Of a stretch of 64,000 nt of DNA, positions 10,681 through 19,801 are shown one piece after another. The notes under the pieces were generated by a model, which saw only the letters and a program-made list of their open reading frames with translations, did no database searches and was not told the DNA's origin. The DNA comes from Chloropicon primus. Its lineage: Eukaryota. Each line of letters starts with the position of its first letter. The stretch's first letter is position 1. The stretch spans positions 1,302,001 to 1,366,000 of the forward strand of contig CP060756.1 in assembly GCA_023205875.1 (NCBI GenBank), in the 5' to 3' direction. Made by a program: the position numbers and the translations under genes.

Positions 10681-12759
10681 ATGGGGACGGCGAAGAGAGG
10701 GTTCAGGCTGCAGGAGTTCGCGGCGCACAGTACGAACGTGAACTGCGCGTACTTTGGAAGGAAGTATTCTGGGGTCCTCGTGACGGGGGGGGAGGACAGG
10801 AAGATCAATATGTGGGCAGTGGGGAAGCCTCACGCGCTGCTGAGCTTGTCCGGCCACCAGAGCGCGGTGGAGAGCGTGATGTTCGACAAGAGCGAGGAGT
10901 CCGTGCTCGCCGGTGCGGCGGGGGGGACTGTGAAGATGTGGGATCTGGAGCAGGCCCGGGTCGTGAGAACGTTCACGGGGCACAGGGCCAACTGCCTCTG
11001 CCTGGACTACCACCCCTTCGGGCAGTTCTTCGGGTCGGGTTCCTTGGACACAAACTTCAAAGTCTGGGACGTGAGGCAGAAAGTCTGCGTTCACACCTAC
11101 AAAGGTAAGGAGAAATAGGGAGAGGGAGAGAGAGAAGCGAGAGAGAGCCTCTCTCTCTTTGTCTCTGTGCGTGTGTGTGTGCGTGTGTCTGACCGAGCGC
11201 GCGCGCGTTTCTTCCTCGCTTTCTCGTCGTGGTGTGTGTGTGTGTGTGTGATCGATCGATCGCACCACCCCAAACGCCCAGGCCACAACAGGGGGGTGAC
11301 CCAGGTGAAGTTCAGCCCGGACGGCAAGTGGGTCGTCAGCGGGGACCAGGAGGGCCTCCTGAGAATCTGGGACCTCACCGCGGGGAAGCTCTTGCACGAG
11401 TTCAAGGACCACACCAACGCCATCACGAAGGTCAGGTTCCACCCGAACGAGTACTTTTTGGCGTCGAGCTCGGCGGACAGGACGGTCAAGTTTTGGGACC
11501 TGGACACCTTCAGCAACGTGGAGACTGCGGGCCCCGAGGCCACGAGCGTGAGGGCGATCGAGTTCACCCCCAACGGGGAGGCGATGTTCTCCGCGACGCA
11601 GGACTGCCTCAAGGTGTGGACCTGGGAGCCCGTGATCATGCACGATTACGTGGACATGCAGTGGTCCAAGCTGAGGGACATGTGCCTGAGGGACGACAAG
11701 CTCATGGGCGTGACTTTGAACCAGAGTTTCGTTGGAATCTGGGTCGTGGACCTGGCCCGAGTGATGCCCTTCTCCAAGGGGGAGGTCTCCCTGGAGGGCA
11801 GGCCGGAGACCTCGGTGTACATGAAGGAGAACACTGCGCCGAAAAACGAGCGGGACTTCGTCAAGCAGCAGAAAAACGAGGCCGTGGTCGTCTCCCAGGA
11901 CCTCATCGACAGCCTGAAGACCGCGAGGATCGGCGGCGGGGGAGCGGAGCAGGGGGAGCCCGGGCAGCAGCAAGTCTCCCAGAGCTCGGTCGGGACGGCC
12001 ATGGGGGACTCCCTCTTCGACGTCGGAATGCTGAGCAGGGCGGGGGGGACGACGGCGGGGCGGGAGGAGGCGGAGGCGGGGGCGGGGGAGGAGGCTGCTG
12101 CCACCTCGTCCTCGTCCCCCAACACCAGCTCGGGTCCCGTGGGCCTGGACTTCGAGGCCTTCGCCCCGACCTCGGACCCCCTGCCCAGGGAGGAGGAGGT
12201 GGAGCAGTACCGGTCGGACAAGCAGGTGGCGTTCGAGCTCCTGCAGAAGCACGACATCATGAAGGACATCCTTTCGGCCCGGCTGAGCAAGGTCAAGGCC
12301 GTGGCGGACATCTGGGGGAGGGGCGACGTGAAGAAGGCCGTGAGCTACCTGCTGGCCCTCAAGGACAAGAGCGTGCTGGTGGACGCGATCGGGCCCATCC
12401 TAAGGAACAAGGCCGTGCTCAAGCTCGACGTCATTTGCGCCCTCATCCCGGCGGTGTGCGAGCTTGTCCGGGACGACAGCAGCAGCAAGCACGACAAGTG
12501 GACCGCGCTGTCCCTGGAGGCCCTCCTCGAGATGTGCTCCATGTTCGGGGAGCTCATCGCGGGCGTCTGCTCCGCGGCGGCTAGGCCGTCCTCCGGCATC
12601 GACCTCCACTTCGAGGAGAAGCTCGAGTACTGCCAGAGGGCGAGGAAGGAGCTCGTGGGGCTGCGCCCGGGGCTGGACGCCCTGAAGCGGAGCGGCAACC
12701 CGGAGATCAGGGCGAGGAGCCGCGAGCTGGACGACCGGCTCGGGGAGGTGTTGCTTTGA
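10681..12759 (+). CDS. KATNB1: Katanin p80 WD40 subunit B1
   Basis: LQEFAAHSTNVNC, WD40 repeats, and C-terminal con80 domain (LSARLSKVKAVADIWGRGD...GIDLHFEEKLEYC); intron 11105..11281. Confidence 0.92.
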
Positions 12760-12940
12760 GGTGGTGGTGGTCTTTAGGTGGAGATGACGAAGGAGTTCGT
12801 TTTCGTTTTTTAGTTGGGAGGGGGGAGTGGTATCATTAAACATAAAGAAGAAAACTTGTGTATATAGAGAAAAGACGAGCAAACAAAAAAAGATTGGTCG
12901 TACAGTGGCGCACCCACGCACACAGCACACAGCACACGAA

Positions 12941-12971
<31 letters not shown>

Positions 12972-13596
12972 GCTTCTTGTTGAGGCCGGTCCGTTCAACC
13001 TCGAACCTTGGGGCCGAGCCAGGACCGTTTTTTTCATATTTTCGATCTTCCCGCCAAAACAGCGCGCTCTGGGCCGCACGAACGTCGCAAAATCCCTCCG
13101 TCGTCGCAGAATCTGATCCACTTGCACTCCCTCGCTCCTCATCGCAGGCACTACTGGCGATTTGTACACAAAAAAGCCCCGGGCGTTACGGAAATTCTGC
13201 CGTGGGATCTCAGATCTCAACGCCCCAAAAGAGGACGGACGCGCGCGCGCGGCAAAACTTGAGAGAAGAGGGCGACCGCGGCGACCGAGAGTGAGCGGAG
13301 GGAGACGGCGTTGGCCTGGTGACGCATCGGACGGACGCGCCACCAACCCGGGACCCGCGCACATTGTCCTTTCGGCGCAGAGAGACTTCGGTCTCGGTCT
13401 TCGTCGGTTTTATTATTTTTGTGACTCTCCGAGTGCCCGTTGGCGTTACCCTTCGCAGGTGCATTGCAACGAGGACGCAACGAGGACGCAACGAGGACGC
13501 AACGCCGTTCCATTGCGAAACGACGACGACGAGGAGGAAGGCTCAAAGTCCCCTTCTGTTGCTGGGCTCGCTACTCACCGGAGGACGACGACGCCG

Positions 13597-14100
13597 ATGA
13601 CGGCGATGAGGGGCAGCGACGCCAACCGCCAGGCCCCGGGCTTCTTCGCCTCGACGGCGGACGACTCGATGGCGGCGACGCCGGAGAAGAAGAGGAAGCG
13701 GCTTGCGACCGAGCCGCCGAACATCAAGCGAGCGCACCGCAGGTGGAAGGCCGAGCACGGCCACGGGAGGGTGTCCCCCTCGGCGGGGTGTCCCCCTCGG
13801 CGCAAGCTCTCGGGCCCCGCCGTCTGCAGGAGGCTCTACTCGACCGTCCGCGGCGCCAAGGAGTCCGGACCCTTCTGCGAGTTCTTCCGCGACCTCGTGG
13901 AGGGCTTCGGCCTGAGGGACGGCGACGGCTGCGGCGCCTCGGAGGCGGACTCCCCGACGACGGCGGCGGGGGACAACGTCGACCTGGCCTTCCACAACAC
14001 GATCCAGCGCAGGCTGGACTCCATGTTCGAGAACCTTCCCGATCGGAAGCGGGAGGGGGAGGACGGGGAGGACGGGGGCCGCCACCACCACCATCCGTAG
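13597..14100 (+). CDS. Hypothetical protein (~167 aa, basic NLS-like PEKKRKR)
   Basis: GC3-rich ORF followed by an AT-rich 3' region like neighbouring genes; no recognisable domain; start uncertain. Confidence 0.45.
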   Translation: MTAMRGSDANRQAPGFFASTADDSMAATPEKKRKRLATEPPNIKRAHRRWKAEHGHGRVSPSAGCPPRRKLSGPAVCRRLYSTVRGAKESGPFCEFFRDLVEGFGLRDGDGCGASEADSPTTAAGDNVDLAFHNTIQRRLDSMFENLPDRKREGEDGEDGGRHHHHP

Positions 14101-14291
14101 CGGCACTTTGGGAATGGGATCACCCGCGACCGAATAAGAAGCTCACTGGTTGAACCCTCATTAATAATAGTAAGAGTAGCAGTAGTAGTACACCAATTCA
14201 CCCAAATGATTTCTCCTTATGATGCTCTTCTGTTATTACATCCCGCAAAACACAAACCCACCTCTTTGCATATATATATATATAAATTCTT

Positions 14292-17200
14292 TTAACCGCG
14301 GTAACCGCTTCTCCCCGACAACGATGAAGCCCTGGCTCTGCCTGCTCGGCTCGAAGCTCTGCTCCTGGCCTCCGCCGCCTTGCTCGAAGCTCTGCTCCTG
14401 GCCTCCGCCGCCTTGCTCGAAGCTCTGCTCCTGGCCTCCTCCACCCTGCTCGAAGCTCTGCTCCTGGCCTCCTCCACCCTACTCGAAGCTCTGCTCCTGG
14501 CTTCCTCCACCCTGATCGAGCTCTTCTCCTTCGCTTCCTTCACCCTCGTGGCCGTCCGCTCCTTCGCGGCCGCGACTCTCTCTGCCACCTGCACTTTGGC
14601 AGATGCCACCCTGTTCTTCGCGGCCACGACCTTCGTCTGAGCCTCCACTTTCGCGGACTCGACTTTCGTCTTCGCGGCCACGACCTTCGTCTGAGCCTCC
14701 ACTTTCGCGGACTCGACTTTCGTCTTCGCGGCCTCCATTCGGACCTGCACCACGGCCTTCTTCTCCTCCATCTCCGCCTTGGCGACAGCCACCTCGTCCA
14801 TGGTGGCCGACACCCTCTGGGTCTGGGTCATCTGCATTTTCAGGACCGACTCCATCTGCAGCCTCTTCTCCTCCATCATCACCACCCTCTGTTGCTGCTC
14901 CCTCGCTGTTCTCAGGCCCTCGAGCTCCATCTCCTGGTCGTGGTTCTTCCTCGCCATCACTTCCAGGGCCGAGTTCGCCGAGGACAGCGCCTTCGCGATC
15001 GTCTGCTGCCTCTCCAGCTCCTTGATCTCGGCGTCCAGCCTCTCAGCCTCTCTCCTCTGCTCCTCCAGCGCCTCCGCCTCGGCCCTCCTCCTCTCCTCCT
15101 CCTCCTCATCTCTCTGCTGGAGATCCGACGCGGCCCTGTAGCTGGCGCCGACCGGGGCCACCAGCGCCTCCTTTGCCGCGACCGGCGTGGCGGCGTCTCC
15201 AGCTGATCCGGATCCGGTCTCGTCCGCAGACCAAGGACCAGGTGGCGATGACGAGGTGGAGGAGGAGGAGGACGAGGACGAGGATCTCCTCTTCCTGTCT
15301 CCGCCCTCGCCCCACGCCCTCTCGCCGAGCGGATCGCCGTCCATGGGATTTTGAACCAACTCGAGAGCCTGCTGGATGTTCGGGTTGTCAGAGAACACGC
15401 CAGAAGTGGTGTCGAAGATGGCCTCCTCCTTCTCCTGTGCGGTTGCCTCCACGTCCAGGGCGGGTTCCAGCTTGTCCAGAACGATTCCCCAGGTCTCCGT
15501 GGTGGAAGGCTTCGGCTTCGGCGGCGCGGGTTCCGTTTCCTCCGCCACAACCTCTTTCTCACCGTCGTCGTCGTCGTCGTCGTCTCTCTCCTCCTCGGCA
15601 GCGGCGCCACTCGTCTCCCCCGATTCCACCTCCGCCTGCGTTGGCGGTGGCAGGGGGATCATGGCCATCACGCTCTCCATGGCTTGCGGCACAGTCTCCG
15701 TCTCCGCGGGGGTGGAAGCCCCGTCAGCGGTTTCTCCGACATCGGTCGTCGTCGTCGTCGTCGTCGTCGTCGCGCCCGCCTCGAGCACCAAGTACTGCTC
15801 CAGGGGCTCGTCCTGGATGTAAGCAAAGTCTGCCGCGATGGCCACCGTCAGCTTCTCCCTGAATTCCTCCGAGTAGGTGTCGACGCAAGGCGAGCTTGCG
15901 AGCTCCTGCGCCGTCCGAAGGCAGCTTCCGCACTCCTCCTTGTAGGGGCACTCGTCCTCGTCCTCCTCGTCCTTCTCGTCCCCCGGGCCCGGTATAACGT
16001 CCGCCGCCCGATCGCTGCCTCCGCGGGGGCCGTCGTCGTCCCGGCCCCCGCCCCCGACGATCAGATCGATCGGGAGGCCGAGCCCCATGGTGCTGCTGCT
16101 CAGGGAGCTCAGGGACCTCGATCGAATCCTTTGCTGCGCGAGGACGCCGGCCACCTGATCGATCTGGAACTTGACCATCTCGGGGTCCACCGCGTTCTGC
16201 ATCTCGTGCGCCGTGGTCCTCAAGTCCTGCCACTCGGTGAAGAACCTCGTGTTCGGCCTCGGCGCCGTCCGGACGACCGAGCGTATCCGGTACACGTCGT
16301 CAGGCAGGCTCGTCCAGACCCTCTCCCCGAGGGACACGATGTCCCGCTCCCCCCCCTTTTCGAGGTAGCACGGGATCGTCGCGTTGTCCTTGGGGTCCCT
16401 CTCCAGGGGGTTCGAGTACGTGTAGCCCATCTCCTCCGCGGAGAACACGTCCGAGGCCGACTCCTTGAAGGGGTACAGGGGGGCGCTCGCGTTACCCTTG
16501 TACGCCGGGGACCCCATGCGGTTGTGCATCTTCTGCCAGCGCCACCACAGCATGTCGACGAACGAGTGGTGGACGTAGAACAGCGGGTCCTTGGGGCTGT
16601 TGACGTTCGCCATGTTCCCCCCCAGGAACATGTGCAGGTGGCCGTGGAGCCCCAGCCCATTCTCCAGGGTGTTCACGAACCTCCCGTAGTCCTCGTTCCG
16701 CATCAGAACCTCCTTGAGGTCCGCCAGGGTGAGGAACCCTCCCGAGTCCCTGGCGATCCCCCTCTGGACGCAAGTCTCGTTGGACGCGTCCCCGAACGAG
16801 CCGTCCACGACGCAGTACGAGTTCTCCGGGTCCCCCGTGGAGCCGAAGAAGTCGTCCGAAAGCACCGGGGACCCGAGGGGGTCCTCGCTGTCCAGGGCCC
16901 AGTTCCAGTACGGGATCGTGACCCCCGGGTCGATCTTCTGGAGCTCCCTCTCCATCCTCCGGAGGTACACCCGGTGCCAGGGCAGGAACGCGGCCTGGAG
17001 GCCCGCGCCGTCCGAGTGCGCCACCCGCCAAACGTCCGGGTCCGTGTGCAGGTCCGCGAACTCCCTCCACTTGCCTGACATCCGGAACTCGTTCACCGCG
17101 CCGCTGAACCGGTCCCACTCCTCGCAAGTCACCTCCCTGATCTCCTTCCTCTGCTCCCGCAGCCGTTGTTGTGGTTGTTCCGGGAAGGGAGGGGAGAGGG

Positions 17201-17348
17201 GCCGAGGCGACCGACCGCCCGGCGCCGCGAGGAGTCCCTGTAGCGGCAGGAGCAACAACAAGGCGCAGACCACGAGCCGCCTGGAGGACGAGGAGCAGCA
17301 CGGACGACGAGGAGAACGAGGAGGAGTCCTCCTCCTCACCCTCATCAT
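14292..17348 (-). CDS. Secreted tyrosinase (type-3 copper) with long acidic linker and coiled-coil/repeat C-terminal tail
   Basis: CuA: ADLHT...VAHS...FLPWHRVYL; IPYWNW; CuB: LHGHLHMFLGG...SPKDPLFYVHHSFVDMLW. Hydrophobic signal LVVCALLLLLPLQGLLA. Start uncertain. Confidence 0.85.
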   Translation of the reverse strand: MMRVRRRTPPRSPRRPCCSSSSRRLVVCALLLLLPLQGLLAAPGGRSPRPLSPPFPEQPQQRLREQRKEIREVTCEEWDRFSGAVNEFRMSGKWREFADLHTDPDVWRVAHSDGAGLQAAFLPWHRVYLRRMERELQKIDPGVTIPYWNWALDSEDPLGSPVLSDDFFGSTGDPENSYCVVDGSFGDASNETCVQRGIARDSGGFLTLADLKEVLMRNEDYGRFVNTLENGLGLHGHLHMFLGGNMANVNSPKDPLFYVHHSFVDMLWWRWQKMHNRMGSPAYKGNASAPLYPFKESASDVFSAEEMGYTYSNPLERDPKDNATIPCYLEKGGERDIVSLGERVWTSLPDDVYRIRSVVRTAPRPNTRFFTEWQDLRTTAHEMQNAVDPEMVKFQIDQVAGVLAQQRIRSRSLSSLSSSTMGLGLPIDLIVGGGGRDDDGPRGGSDRAADVIPGPGDEKDEEDEDECPYKEECGSCLRTAQELASSPCVDTYSEEFREKLTVAIAADFAYIQDEPLEQYLVLEAGATTTTTTTTTDVGETADGASTPAETETVPQAMESVMAMIPLPPPTQAEVESGETSGAAAEEERDDDDDDDGEKEVVAEETEPAPPKPKPSTTETWGIVLDKLEPALDVEATAQEKEEAIFDTTSGVFSDNPNIQQALELVQNPMDGDPLGERAWGEGGDRKRRSSSSSSSSSTSSSPPGPWSADETGSGSAGDAATPVAAKEALVAPVGASYRAASDLQQRDEEEEERRRAEAEALEEQRREAERLDAEIKELERQQTIAKALSSANSALEVMARKNHDQEMELEGLRTAREQQQRVVMMEEKRLQMESVLKMQMTQTQRVSATMDEVAVAKAEMEEKKAVVQVRMEAAKTKVESAKVEAQTKVVAAKTKVESAKVEAQTKVVAAKNRVASAKVQVAERVAAAKERTATRVKEAKEKSSIRVEEARSRASSRVEEARSRASSRVEEARSRASSKAAEARSRASSKAAEARSRASSRAGRARASSLSGRSGYRG
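14349..14514 (-). repeat. 33-bp coding tandem repeat x5 (RVEEARSRASS / KAAEARSRASS)
   Basis: gctcgaagctctgctcctggcctcc(g/t)cc.cc.t repeated five times. Confidence 0.9.
14616..14733 (-). repeat. 54-bp coding tandem repeat x2 (AAKTKVESAKVEAQTKVV)
   Basis: Exact duplication of cttcgcggccacgaccttcgtctgagcctccactttcgcggactcgactttcgt. Confidence 0.9.
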
Positions 17349-18017
17349 CACCCTCCTGTCTCTGTGTGTTCCGCTTGTCTTCGTCGCTTGTTTCTTTACG
17401 TCGTTCGTCCTGCGCCGGAAAGGAAAGGAAAGGACGTCGTTGTCGTCGTTGTCGTCGTTGTCGTTGCTTTGTTTCGTTCGGTGGGGCGTTTTCCCGTTTC
17501 CCCGGAACCCAAGCCCTCGCAGCGCCAGACGTCGTGTCTTGCCGCCAAAAACAGAGAGAGCAGACCTCATGTGTTTCGAGTGCGGTGGTTTTTCTTAAGG
17601 TTTTTTGGAGAGTAGAGATCGCACGTTACGAATCGCCGAGACGAAATAGAATGTCTCTCAGAGAAAGCTGAGAATTTCAATTGAGAGGCGTCAGGCACCA
17701 ACAATAATCGATTGGTCCATTCAATACTCAAGGACGATGAGCAATCAAGTAATGCCAATGCCAGACGAGAGAGAGAGATGGAGGGAGCTTCCTTCCTTCT
17801 TCACTTCAATTGTTTGGTCAACCGCGTCGCCCAACCTCACCAGAACGAACGAGCTCGGTGCTCCGTGCCACGGACGCCACCTGCCTGCTGCTCTTGCTGC
17901 TGACTGAGAGAGAAGACCTCTGTGGCACGCCACCTGCTGCTCCATCTTTGGACTTTTCGTTGTTTGCAACAACAGTTTTGCAACACCGCACGAACGCGCG
18001 CCAAAGGTGTCGACTCG

Positions 18018-18344
18018 ATGACGGCTTTTTCGGCGAGCACTGGGAGGAGGAAGAAGACCCTGTGGATCCTCGCGGCGGTCGCGGCGTTGCTGCTGAGCTC
18101 GGCCCTGGCCGCGGAGAAGCCCGACGACGACTACGACTACGAGGACGAGGACTTCGACGACTACGAGGACGAGGGTGCCCTCGGGGCGCTGGACTCGCTG
18201 CCGACGGCATCAGCCAGCATCGACGCGGAGGTAGCGGTCGCGGAAGCGGTTGAGGGAGCGATCGAGGAGATCGCCGCGGGCCTCTTCCAAAACCTCGGCG
18301 AGGGCCTCCTGGAGTCCGACTCGGCGTCCTCCTCGTGGTCGTGA
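18018..18344 (+). CDS. Small secreted acidic protein, copy 1 (108 aa)
   Basis: MTAFSASTGRRKKTLWILAAVAALLLSSALA-AEKPDDD signal peptide; D/E-rich mature part; frame conserved in the paralog despite indels. Confidence 0.7.
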   Translation: MTAFSASTGRRKKTLWILAAVAALLLSSALAAEKPDDDYDYEDEDFDDYEDEGALGALDSLPTASASIDAEVAVAEAVEGAIEEIAAGLFQNLGEGLLESDSASSSWS

Positions 18345-18794
18345 GGGGCAGTGTGCATGCGTGGGTGCGTGCGTGCGTGCGTTAAAAAAACCAAAAATGC
18401 AGGCGCTGGTCCCCCTTCTTGTAAAACAACCAACACTTCTCCTGCTCGTTCGAAATAGAATGTGGGGCGCCCTTGTGGGGCAAGAGAGAGATGGACGAAT
18501 CAAGTCATGCCAATGCCCCTCTCTTGGGGCAAGAGAGAGAGAGATGGAGGGAGGGAGCTTCCTTCCTTCTTCCTTCTTCACTTCAATTGTTTGGTCAACC
18601 GCGTCGCCCAACCTCACCAGAACGAACGAGCTCGGTGCTCCGTGCCACGGACGCCACCTGCCTGCTGCTCTTGCTGCTGACTGAGAGAGAAGACCTCTGT
18701 GGCACGCCACCTGCTGCTCCATCTTTGGACTTTTCGTTGTTTGCAACAACAGTTTTGCAACACCGCACGAACGCGCGCCAAAGGTGTCGACTCG

Positions 18795-19112
18795 ATGACG
18801 GCTTTTTCGGCGAGCACTGGGAGGAGGAAGAAGACCCTGTGGATCCTCGCGGCGGTCGCGGCGTTGCTGCTGAGCTCGGCCCTGGCCGCGGAGAAGCCCG
18901 ACGACGACTACGAGGACGAGGGTGCCCTCGGGGCGCTGGACTCGCTGCCGACGGCATCAGCCAGCATCGACGCGGAGGTACGTTCCGTCCGAAGGAACGC
19001 GGAGATCGCGGAAGCGGTGGAGGAAGCGATCGAGGAGATCGCCGGGGGCTTCATCCGAAACCTCGGCGAGGGCCTCCTGGAGTCTGACCCGGCGGAGTCC
19101 TCGTGGTCGTGA
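18795..19112 (+). CDS. Small secreted acidic protein, copy 2 (105 aa)
   Basis: Paralog of 18018-18344 with an in-frame 30-nt deletion and a net 21-nt insertion. Confidence 0.7.
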   Translation: MTAFSASTGRRKKTLWILAAVAALLLSSALAAEKPDDDYEDEGALGALDSLPTASASIDAEVRSVRRNAEIAEAVEEAIEEIAGGFIRNLGEGLLESDPAESSWS

Positions 19113-19397
19113 GGGGCAGTGTGCATGCGTGGGTGCGTGCGTGCGTGCGTTAAAAAAACCAAAAATGCATGTCTATCCCCCTTCTTGTAAAACAACCAAC
19201 ACTTCTCCTGCTCGTTCATCATCGTCCTTTTACCTTGCCCAGTGCTCTCTCCCCCTCCTCCTGCCGCAACATACTGATAGAGATCACTTTACACGAGCCG
19301 CGAGCAGGTTCCACGCCCGCTTGGGGTGCCTCCGCGTCCAAGACAATTCCCTCCTATCTCTGTCTCTGTCTCTTTGTCTCTAAAACTGCTGCTGCAG

Positions 19398-19535
19398 TTA
19401 CGCGGGCTTGAAAGGTATGCTGGTGAAGCTGTCGTCCCAACGCTTGAAGGCCGGGTGGTAAGCAAAGTCCTTGATCAGCAGCTTGATTCCCTGGGCGGTG
19501 CTTCTCCTTGGCCTCCGGCATTCTTCGATCTCGAT
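19398..19535 (-). other. Orphan terminal-exon-like segment preceded by an intron-like sequence (19643..19536)
   Basis: CAG|GTAAGT donor at 19643; pyrimidine tract and CCACCAG acceptor at 19536; then IEIEECRR...GIKLLIKDFAYHPAFKRWDDSFTSIPFKPA* with host-like GC3 codons. No in-frame upstream exon. Confidence 0.4.
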
Positions 19536-19639
19536 CTGGTGGCAAACAGATAAGTCACGAAAGGACGGTAAGAAAATCACAGTCAATACTGGAAGCACAA
19601 AGGCAAGTTCTCCTTTCCACTGTGGAACCCGGCCACAAC

Positions 19640-19801
19640 TTACCTGTTAGTTTTCTGCAAAGGTCGTTTCACCGAGTTTGTAAGTTTCTCGGCAGGGTAA
19701 TTCAGCCCTACCACGACCATTCCACCGTACATGAACGAATACTTCCGCCCACTTAGCGCACGGCAGCCCGTACTAACAAACGTATGTGCAACCCTGAGGA
19801 G
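19640..19801 (-). ncRNA. Putative omegaRNA (Fanzor guide-RNA scaffold plus guide)
   Basis: Directly 3' of the Fanzor stop. Stems with G-U pairs on the minus strand at 19753-19776, 19733-19750, 19691-19712 and 19672-19692, plus GGUCGU/ACGACC (19718-19713/19667-19662). Boundaries inferred. Confidence 0.6.

Larger units (their letters stand above)
17767..19214 (+). repeat. Direct tandem segmental duplication (~0.68 kb units, ~17767-18449 and ~18534-19214)
   Basis: Promoter, CDS and 3' flank are nearly identical between copies (e.g. cacttcaattgtttggtcaaccgcgtcg...; gtgaggggcagtgtgcatgcgtggg...). Confidence 0.92.

Noticed and set aside
14349..14514. CRISPR-like 33-bp repeats
   Set aside because: No unique spacers; head-to-tail in-frame coding repeats in the tyrosinase tail.
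19662..19718. Hammerhead ribozyme (three stems with CUGA and GAAAC)
   Set aside because: CUGA lies in a hairpin loop rather than the junction, there is no CUGAnGA core, and the cleavage triplet would be GUG; better explained as omegaRNA scaffold.
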